Positions 55,172 through 64,000 of a stretch of 64,000 nucleotides of DNA are shown here, piece after piece. The stretch covers positions 2,170,001 through 2,234,000 of the forward strand of contig OX337232.1 of NCBI GenBank assembly GCA_946965045.2, written 5' to 3'. Every line of letters begins with the position of its first letter. Position 1 is the first letter of the stretch. Position numbers and translations under genes: made by a program. A model generated the notes under the pieces. It saw only the letters and a list, made by a program, of their open reading frames with translations. It ran no database searches and was not told the DNA's origin. The stretch is from Epithemia pelagica. Lineage: Eukaryota; Protista; Bacillariophyta.

Positions 55172-58100
55172 AATCTAGGAGCATCTAAATTAGGACCGGA
55201 TGATTCTACAATCGAAGACTCCTATTTAGATGCTCTTAGTGTAGCGTCGTCTGTGACCACAGCTACAGAAACATTTCCGTTCACCCCTCCCCGTGTCCGG
55301 CCCAATCCTCCGAGGGATATCTCCTGTCCCCGACCCACAAAGCGAATGGTGGACCGGGGGGAGCGTGTCTTCCGAGAAGATCTCTCTTGCCTATTGCTGG
55401 GGCAAAGCAGCTGCTATTGGGGCCTGGCCTTAAATCCAGGCGACTGGAGCGGCATTTACATGCTTAGCTCTGACTATGCCGCTCGACGGGCTGATCCTTT
55501 CTGGTGGTGTGTCCCTGATTACTTCAAAGACAAGTTGTTTCTGGTCCCAAGTATCGACATGGTGTTGGGCCGCGGGCTTATTTCCGTGGTTCTCCTCGAA
55601 GGCGATCCGGATTTCTTGTCCTCACAACTGGTGTCTATGCCGCGTGATTGGGCTGTGCTTTTCTTATTGCCTTCCGGGTGGACTCGTCCGTTGTTGCCTG
55701 ATGTGACCTGGATCACAGTCACTCACAAGCAATGCGGGGGTATTACCTCCACTCGAGTCAACATTGGTAGACGGCATGTCCCTCCTCTTCATTTCAAAAC
55801 AACGGTGCGGCGGTCTATTTCTTCCGTCCTTGACCATTCGATTCGACCACAATACTGCACTGATGCCGGGCCTGACGAGCCACATTACTTGGGGGTTAGC
55901 AGTTTGTTGACTTGGGCCCTTGATCGACCTATTCTGCTCCCTACCACCTTCTTCAAATCTGGATGGGGCTACCGACGACTTTCCCCTGGGGAACTGGGGA
56001 CTGCCTTTGATTTACCTTTATGGTTGGATCCTTCCTCTCCTCCCTTTGTTTGGTGGCGCAGCCAATTGCTCTTTCCTCGCACGATTCCTATTAAGATCCC
56101 GTCTACCATTTTGTCCGCGGCCTTGCCTCACTTGCTCCCCGTGTTGGTCCATCACACTTGCGAGCATGCGTGTGTCAAACGTGACCCCACACCGCTTTCT
56201 CCTCCTACTCCCAAACGTGGTCGTTGGCTTCCTCTTTCTGTTGAAACGGTGCAAGATGGCGTCGTGGGTACGTGGCTCCCGGCCATCCGGAGCTTTCTCC
56301 CTCACTCTGCGTGGTTGGACGAGTCGTTGATTGCTGCGCAGGCCACCAAATCGGATGATGCCATTACCCCGTTTTGGCTTTGGGACAAGCGCATCCAGGG
56401 CTTTTTCCCTTGGCTCACCACCCGCGCGTTGGACGGTTTCCGTCTCCTGGCTGTTCGCTGGTGGAGACGTTCCCTTTTTCGGAGTTTTACGGCTTATTTG
56501 CGCTCCCGATTTGGAGCCTCATGGTTGGATTTGTTGACTGTGGGCGCAAAGGCTCAAGGGGGGGATATTTTCTCTTTGCAAGACGTCCGCCTCGCCAGTT
56601 GTTCCGTTCTGTCTCAGCTGCTCGGCGCCTCTTGGTGGGAATGGGATCATGGATCCTCACTAATCTTCTGGCGGTGGAATGGCCTAGAGCAACAACGGAA
56701 CGCGCACTTTGGCCAACCCATTCGTGTGGCAGCCCCTCTCCCCTCCAACAAACGGCCTCAACGTCCTCCCGCTCCCGACTCGGTCCCACGGGTGGCCGCG
56801 AAACTTGCTAAAGTGTTGCATCGGGGCTACTTCGATCAAGGACAACCGATCCAGAGTCTTACGGATTTCTCTGATGTTCCGAAGGGCGATTCGGATATCC
56901 GGATGGTCTATAACGGAACTAGTAGTGGGCTCAATGACGCCCTTTGGGCGCCAAACTTTTGGCTCCCCACCGCTGAGTCTTCCTTGCGATTACTCACCAG
57001 CGAGTCCTACTGTGGGGATATGGACCTGACTGAAATGTTTCTCAACTTCCCCATGGACGTTAATCTCCGTCCATACGCTGGAGTTGATCTCCACCCCATC
57101 GTCAATGCTCTTCCCGCAGATGCGCTGACCCACCGCAACTCGGACCAAGTTCGTTGGAATCGTCTTTTCATGGGCATGCTCCCCAGCCCGTATCACTCTG
57201 TCGAACAATTTTACCTTGCCGAGGAAGTTGCAATTGGGTCCCCCTCGGAACCGGATAACCCATGTGGATTTGATGAGATCCGTTTCAACATACCAGGATC
57301 TTCAGACTACAACCCAGTGCTTCCCTGGACCATGAAGTGGAACACCAAATCTGATTCTATTGCTGGAGACTCCATCACCTACATGGATGATATTCGTATA
57401 GTGGGATCCTCTGCGGAGAATGCCTGGCAGGTAGCGCGACGGCTTGGTTCAAGGCTCCAATACTTTGGTATCCAGGATGCACCTAGAAAGCGTCGCCCTC
57501 CTTCAAAAACGCCTGGAGCATGGGCTGGCTCAGTGCAACATATCACCAAAGACGCCGTGTCTAAAACGGTAACTCAAGCCAAATGGGATAAAGGTCGAAA
57601 CATCATCGCGCCTTATGTGGAGGCGTTCAAACAAACCAACACCCTCCCAACCTTCTCCCACAAACAGATGCAGCGAGATGTGGGTTTTCTAGTCCATCTT
57701 GCCCTAACTTACGCCGCCCTTATGCCTTTCTTAAAGGGTTTTTACCTCACAATGAACAATTGGAGGGGAGGACGCAATGCTGATGGTTGGAAACTGAATG
57801 CACGAGAATGGATCTCGTTACTCCAAGTCAAGATGGCCGATCAAGAAGTCGATTCAATTTGCGGCCTGCTGGAGGACGATGAAGACAATCGTGACACCAA
57901 ATCCACAACACCAACTCAGCGCAGCAGTGCAAAGCCTCCTCAACAAATTCAAGCGGTTCCAAGGCTGCGTTCAGATATCAAAGCTATTGCCATCATGTTC
58001 GAAACCTCCAATCCGCCCATCATTCAAGTTCGCAGCTCTTCCATCTTTGTTGCTATCTACGGTGCAGGAGATGCGTCCGGAACTGGGTTTGGCTCTGCTA

Positions 58101-59147
58101 TCCTCCTACCTCAAAAGAGCTTATCTTACAGGATTGGCGTATGGCGACATGACGATGTGGTTGGTGAATCCTCGAATTGGAAAGAATTCACAAACTGTGT
58201 CGAGGCAATGGAAGAAGAGGCGGAAAAGGGAAACCTCTCATCAACGGAGCTCTTCTTCTTCACAGACAATACTACCGTAGAGAGATGTTTCTACAAAGGT
58301 TCATCGTCAAGCAAAAAATTACTGGACCTAATAATTCAACTTCGACGACTGGAAATGCGCTATTCCCTCCGCTTGCACATCTCTCATGTGTCGGGCAAAC
58401 GCATGATCGCCTGGGGAGTAGATGGCATTTCTAGAGGACAACTTAATGAAGGAGTCATGGCCGGCAAGCCAATGCTTTCTTTCTTACCCCTACACAAAAC
58501 ACCTATGCAAATGTCACCGACACTATTTGAATGGGTGAAATCCTGGTTGGGCCCCAAGACTGAACTACTTACCCCTATGGACTGGTTCACCACGGGCCAT
58601 GACATACGGGGATGGACTCTCCCATCCGAATACAATCAACTGTCCCTGCCAATCCTCAGGCCAGGACATTTTGTATGGAGTCCTCCACCGGGAGCAGCAG
58701 ACGTGGCAATCGAGCAACTTCGTAAGGCCCGGCACAAGCGTCAAAGATCTACCCACATCTTTTTCTGTCAACGCCTGCTGACTCCCAAGTGGTACAAGCA
58801 ACTACACAAAGCTTGCGATTTAGTAATTGAAATACCGGCAGTGACGAGATTTTGGCCAAAGGAAAACTTCGAACCCCTCATCATTGGTTTTGTTTTCCCT
58901 TTCCTTAGGTCAAAACCCTGGCAACTCCGAGGTACACCTTAGACGGACTCTGCGAAAACTGTGGCCGGAGGATGAAGTGGCAGGACGGAATCTTCTGCGG
59001 AAATTTCTCGTTTAAGCTTGGAAAATGGGATCCATGTCAGAAGTCATGGTGTCCCGAGTGTTATTCTTTGAAAGAGGACACAAGTTTCTACATCGCGAGC
59101 AAGTTTACCCTAAAAGAAGAAAACGACGACGATTGACTGGTAGCTAG
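55172..59147 (+). CDS. Pol ORF: degenerate C5-MTase-like region, RT, RNase H, adenine-MTase-like domain; C-terminal tail broken near 58940 and at 59013
   Basis: RT: VPKGDSDIRMVYNG, DMDLTEMFLNF, FMG..PSPY, YMDD (57380). RNase H: DASGTGFG, NWKE, FTDN, DGISRG. MT-like: VWSPPP. Uninterrupted frame 55172-58942. Confidence 0.9.
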
Positions 59148-60465
59148 CGAGTGGCGGTCCCGAACCAAAGACACATCTGAAGATTTCGTTCGAGCCAGAA
59201 AGGGAGATCACCTAATGACCCACTTCGAATGCGACTTGTGCATCTTTAGAAAGCTTCGGCACGTCAACCCAGACCCTCAACAACCTCAGGACCAATATCT
59301 CCTCAAGTGCATCCGAAGAATGAACCTAGACGCATTCTGGAGCCGCGCTTCCAGCACGGTCAAACAGAACCACTTACTCGCCACCCGAATGATTGACCGC
59401 TCCTCCAAGGTTGGAATCCCTTATGGTCCTTTCATTCGACGTCAGCCCTTCCCTTCGTTCGATCATTGCGGATACCACACCGCTTACCTAATGCTTGATG
59501 CTTCCCTGGATCAAGGACGATATCACAAGGATCACAAACAATTCGACTCCATTCGAAAAATACGATCCACTTATTCAAACTTTATCAGAACAACCACTTC
59601 CACAATTGTTGGCCAACTACCCCTCACTCTTCTAGACAATGACGGAAAATCTTCATTGCGCATTGGCTCCGACGAAAGTGGTTCCTTGTGGTTTGCCCGA
59701 TTCACCGAAGGTTGTAAACAGAGAATGGGCCAGGACTGGAGACCGGACCAAGCTATTACCCCGGAATTAATGATCGCTCTCCTTGATCATTTGGAACACC
59801 TCATTATTAATGCATCTCGACAGGAAGACTCCTATTTCATGATTATGGCTGGAGCGTACTTTATCACTTGCTTCGTCCTTTCCTTGCGTGGTCCAGAGGG
59901 CCTCCTGTTGGATCTAGAAGGCATTTTGAAGCACGGCGATGCCCAATCGCACAAGGACTGCGTCGTCATTGTTCTATGGGGACAAGTAAAAGGCGAACAT
60001 ATCGAACGATCTCATCTCCTCCCTTCGATCAACACGACTGGGTCCGGACTGCAAGTTCGACGATGGATAAGAAGAGCAGTGGTCCTCGCTCAAGATAACT
60101 CAAGGAGCAGAGGACCTTTGATGCTCCACAAAAACGGTGACAACATCAAACCAAGACAACTGGACGACCTCCTTCATCAAACACTCACGGCCATCTATTC
60201 CACCTCTCCAGAACTGTTCCCCTCCACCGCCATCAGAAACAAAGAAGACATCGCTTTGAAATATTCTGCCTTCCGATCCTTCCGCAGAGGCTCCAACACA
60301 AGAGCCAAAGAAATGGGTGTCTCCGTCCCAGACACAGAAGTCGTCAACAGATGGCGTGGCCGTGAAAAGGCGGGGACTAGAAAACAAGGAGGTCCCATCG
60401 ACCAGATGTATTCAGACCTCTCCCTTTTGGTTGCACCATTCATCCGGTACACCAAAAACATGTAA
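58942..60465 (+). CDS. Tyrosine recombinase with Cys-rich N-terminus; in-frame TGA at 59134-36
   Basis: CENC...FCGNF...CQKSWCPECY, then stop, then FECDLCIF, LSLRGPEG (Arg I), RSFRRG, NRWR, MYSD (Tyr nucleophile). Confidence 0.88.
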
Positions 60466-61008
60466 CGAACACTCAAGATTCTCAACGGGGGGTTTTCGGG
60501 ACCAACAAGCTACCTTGGGCTGACATGGCAAAGCCCTGGTATCTTGCTCTGGGAGCTTCTACTCGGGTTCAACGAGAGGTGACCGCCTGCACTTCGGGGA
60601 CGACGATTGTATGGTGCTACCTGATCGTCCGCCCCGAGCTCAGTGGAGGGATCACGGGATCCTCTTGTTCGTTCCTAGGGTTTTGGCTTTTGGATCTGGT
60701 TCCCTCACTTTCATCTGAAAGCGACGACCCTTGCTGGTGAAGGATTCCATCCTTAACCCCCCACATTACGATTCAACTTAACAGTTGTGATCGGTTGAGT
60801 TTAAAAATCTTAAATTATCCTTTCTTTCTCTTCTCTCTTATTGGGGTACTCCGGACATGGATTGCCGCTTGGACCGTGACAAGGTGAAGAACATTGGCTA
60901 AGGGGAAGGAGCCTGACTGAGACTCAACAAAGGCCCCATTATTTCTGGTATGAGTATCCGTACAGTAGTATTAATACTTCCCGGTGTCGAGTCCTTTCAA
61001 GGAGGGAC

Positions 61009-61111
61009 CGCCCGGCGCGGAGGGTAGAATGACGAGGAGGGCAACGGTCGAGGAGGGCGCACGCCCGACAAGACAATTGCCCGTCGAGTCATTCTATCGA
61101 CAAGCCGGGCG
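61009..61111 (+). other. Long imperfect GC-rich hairpin in the 3' region of the retroelement
   Basis: Nested pairs cgcccggc/gccgggcg, tagaatgac/gtcattcta, gggcaa/ttgccc, gggc/gccc. Confidence 0.7.
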
Positions 61112-61169
61112 CGCCCGACGCGAGAGGACGGCCAGACACAGGGAAGTAGTAAACTTACTCCCTATCAAG

Positions 61170-61333
61170 CTGTGTAGGTAGTGAGAATTTCCTGGAAGCC
61201 ATGTCACAAAGTGTCACACAAGTGTCGCACAAGTGTCACACACGAGAGGGAACCCGCGCGACTCCTTCCCGGTCATACAAAAAATTCCTACTGTACTCCT
61301 AGTATAAAAATGTGAGACGAACTACCTACACAG
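61170..61333. repeat. 13-bp perfect inverted repeat enclosing ~4 copies of an ~11-bp tandem unit
   Basis: ctgtgtaggtagt (61170-82) / actacctacacag (61321-33); tgtcacacaag-like units at 61202-61243; no TSD found. Confidence 0.8.
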
Positions 61334-62004
61334 TCTGGTATGGATTAGTGTACTGTCTACTCATATATTACTATTATTTATTACGCCTACTCGTATGCAA
61401 TAAAAAATACAATTAATTCGTCCGTCGCTAGGGCGGAGCCAGGACCTTAGGAATAATCAAATTACAAATTCTCCTCTAACTTGCTTGTTGCAATGAACCA
61501 TGATCAATGATGTTGTTTGTTTCTATGGGTAGGGTTTTGTTTTCGTGGTTGCTCTGACAAGACCATGTTTGTTGTGGGCACCCTGGTTTGGTGCCCACAA
61601 ATCATGTGCATCAAAAATCAAGGTAAACTGGTGTGGGTCGGGCCTTTCCAGAATTGCCTCTCGGTTGCCCTTTTCTCTTGTCAACCAAATACTCTCCTCA
61701 TTCCGGATTCCCCATTGTAGTTGGGAAGGATCGGCATGCGAGGTACTCTTCGACTTATTCTCGGGGATGGGTTTGGTGGTCCCACACAGTGTTTCCGTGG
61801 TGGGATTGGAGGTTTTCCATCGGCGAAGTCGTGGGCATGACAGTGCAACGGGGTGAGTGGGAGATTGCTCGGGGAATTTGGTGGGGTTTCAGTCGACTCA
61901 CCTTTAGGTGATTCATTTGGCCCGGTCGTCGGAGGGACAGTCGTTTGGATGGCGGGAAACTCCGTCAGACAAGAGTTGGTATGACGTAAATATTTCTGGT
62001 TTGT

Positions 62005-62803
62005 TCACTTCTTTGGATGTTTACTGTAGGGATTGCATGCCGTGTCAACTGATGGGGCTGCATATCGTTTTGGCGAAGGTACTCGTCTAATTCGGATTTC
62101 TGGCTGTGCATCAAGTGAGTTCCACAACAACAACAGCTCCAACTCGGCACGTAAACCATGTAGATCATCAAAGTTTGGTGGAATGAAAGTCCCAGTCTCC
62201 AAGTGACGTTTCCGCGAAGCGACAGTGTAGTTGTAGGATCCGATCATTCCTCCAGCGGTCGAAACCATTGCCTTTGAATGTGAGTATGACGTTGTTTTCG
62301 CCGAGTCGTCCCGTCCAAATCTGCACATGGAGCTTCCCAACCGCTTCTTCTCTCGTTTGACTTCTACCCACGAAATTTTCCAAGTTCACGATATTGGTTA
62401 TTGCCGGGCCTAGAATGACGTTGATGGTGAGACCACCGTTTTGAGGGTCGGCATAATAGCAAAGTTGGTCGATTGCATCAAAATCACTGAGGAAAGGGAT
62501 GGACAGGAAAACTGTCGAATTGGCCTCTGCTTTGTCTAGAAGATGCAGAAAAACGACAAAGGGATGTCGATCATGAGCATAGGATTCTCCTTTCAGTTCC
62601 CCATCTTCATGTCGTAGCCAGGTAGAGAGTACGTAAACTTTGTCAGTGTGTAGCGGTCGTACTGGCGTGGATTCTCCCAGGCTAACCCAGCTCTGATCGA
62701 TGAAATGGCCGTCGCTGACCCAAACAACTTTCTCCTGTTCAAGCAGTTCATACTCGTGATTGTACCCGCTGCCGACTTCTTCGATCGCCTCAGTATCGCT
62801 CAT
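62005..62803 (-). pseudogene. PLD-superfamily (Nuc/Zucchini-like) nuclease, frameshifted near 62325
   Basis: ORF 62168-62803 (N-half: VFLSIPFLSD...INVILG) switches at CAT GTG C AGA TTT into the frame of 62005-62340, which carries HSKAMV...IGSYNYT...HLE. Confidence 0.7.
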
Positions 62804-63087
62804 GTTTCCCCTCCCTTAACTTATGACTGTTGTGAAGTGAGGAGGGGGGTGGTTTGTTCGTTTGTTTGTTTCCGTGTTATTCACATGGCTCTCTCACTAT
62901 CTATCTCTCTTCGTCGTTCTGTTTACGTCATACTCATGACTAAAATTCCTACAGAGATTGGACGACTGTCCGACACACCTCCTTGTTAAACTTGTTTTCG
63001 TTTTCCTAAGGACAACAAGCCCATAAGCTCGTTTCTTTTCGACATCAAACATATACCACAACCAATCTTTACATTCAAGTCTTCTAT

Positions 63088-64000
63088 TCAATTGTCATAT
63101 CGTTCCAAAATACAGGCATGACCCATACCACCGTCAGCGCAGGCGGCAACCAGTGCAAAGCGAGCACCTTCATCTTGAAGTCGCTTCGAGGCCGTCGTGA
63201 CAAGTCGAGAGCCCGTGGCTCCAAAGGGATGACCAACTGCCAACGATCCTCCTTTGGTGTTCATTTTGTCGACATCCACTGTACCAACCTTTTTCCCTCC
63301 AAAGTGTTCGTCAGCAAACTTTTGTGATCCCATGGCGGTCAGATTGGACAGAATCTGTCCTGCAAAGGCTTCGTGGATTTCAAACACTCCAATGTCTTTT
63401 TCCATATCCATTTTGTTCTTTGTCAGCAGCTCTTGCGAACAATAAGTAGGACCCAGAAGTAGTTCTTGGAAGGGATCACAAGCCTTGAAAGACCAATCAC
63501 GAAGGTACGCCATAGGCTTGTAGCCCAATTCCTTCGCTTTACTTTCGCTCATTAGCAGCGATGCGGCGGCTCCATCCGTCAAGTAACTTGAGTTTGCAGC
63601 CGTGTGTGTTCCATGAGGCTTGATAAATGCAGGCTTGAGCTTGGACACGGACTCCTTTGTGGAATCTCCCTTGATACCATTCTCCTTGGTACTGCCCTTG
63701 TAGGCAATTACGTCATTTTTGTAAAAGCCATCCTCGTGAGCTTTGGCCGCCAGTGTGTGCGAACGAACTGTGTACTCGTCTTGGTCATCTCTTGACACAC
63801 CAAATTTAGCAGATAATCGGTCACTGCTCACCCCCATGACTTCTCCCGTTGTGTAATTGGCAATGGCCGGAGTTTCGAGGCCCAAATCTTTCATGGCAAG
63901 CCCTTTGACCATATGAGAAAAGGCCCCCACCATTCCGCCTTTCTTCATGGCCTTGCTCATGGTGATTAGCTTTTGTCGAATGGGACGCTTGAGACGAATG
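63088..64000 (-). CDS. HADHB: 3-ketoacyl-CoA thiolase, trifunctional-enzyme beta type; 5' part outside the window
   Basis: ANSSYLTDGAAA, LLLGP, EIHEAFAGQ (HEAF), GGSLAVGHPFGATG, AACADGG. Confidence 0.93.
   Translation of the reverse strand, partial: IRLKRPIRQKLITMSKAMKKGGMVGAFSHMVKGLAMKDLGLETPAIANYTTGEVMGVSSDRLSAKFGVSRDDQDEYTVRSHTLAAKAHEDGFYKNDVIAYKGSTKENGIKGDSTKESVSKLKPAFIKPHGTHTAANSSYLTDGAAASLLMSESKAKELGYKPMAYLRDWSFKACDPFQELLLGPTYCSQELLTKNKMDMEKDIGVFEIHEAFAGQILSNLTAMGSQKFADEHFGGKKVGTVDVDKMNTKGGSLAVGHPFGATGSRLVTTASKRLQDEGARFALVAACADGGMGHACILERYDN

Larger units (their letters stand above)
52000..61335 (+). mobile_element. Tyrosine-recombinase (DIRS/Ngaro-like) retrotransposon, degenerate copy; ends approximate
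   Basis: gag-like ORF, then RT-RNaseH-MT, then tyrosine recombinase on one strand; no DDE integrase or protease seen; several stops and frameshifts. Confidence 0.9.

Noticed and set aside
60900-60945. Hammerhead ribozyme at cctgactgagactc
   Set aside because: The core has an extra nucleotide, and no GAAA or stem III/UH arrangement follows.
52000-61400. Ty1/Ty3 LTR retrotransposon or a prokaryotic retron/DGR
   Set aside because: No LTR pair, protease or DDE integrase; gag-RT-RH-MT-YR order and motifs fit YR retrotransposons.
61500-61900. ATG-less minus-strand open frame (...QLQWGIRNEESIWLTRE...FTLIFDAHDLW...)
   Set aside because: About 120 codons with no start codon or recognisable family; may be a TE remnant but cannot be supported.

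Overview
Eukaryotic nuclear DNA, very probably from a diatom. Evidence: short GT-AG introns, a petC with a bipartite ATA-FAP plastid presequence, and diatom-expanded families (DUF6824, GT8-like). About 1-47.7 kb is a gene-dense, mostly housekeeping stretch: CSN3-like, RPAC1, petC, eIF2B-gamma, ABCG, ALG11, AMT1, CMR1/WDR76, cytochrome c, NF-YB, a DHHC PAT and PRMT7-like. It also holds two accessory genes, a bacterial-looking metzincin protease and a Crinkler-like REase+kinase, plus several recent tandem duplications. About 48.6-62.8 kb is an accessory block of damaged elements: (i) a GAF-HisKA-HATPase-REC hybrid histidine kinase broken by a 20-bp duplication and carrying an upstream in-frame stop; (ii) a PIF/Harbinger-type MITE with a TAA target-site duplication; (iii) a ~9-kb tyrosine-recombinase (DIRS/Ngaro-like) retrotransposon; and (iv) a frameshifted PLD/Zucchini-type nuclease. 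The window ends in a HADHB-type thiolase. The retrotransposon is the most notable object. Its pol appears to carry a degenerate C5-cytosine-methyltransferase-like domain before RT and an adenine-MTase-like domain after RNase H. Its frameshift-repaired gag is in frame with pol across a single UGA, and the pol C-terminus overlaps the recombinase N-terminus in another frame. All family assignments come from motif recognition by eye; no searches were run.
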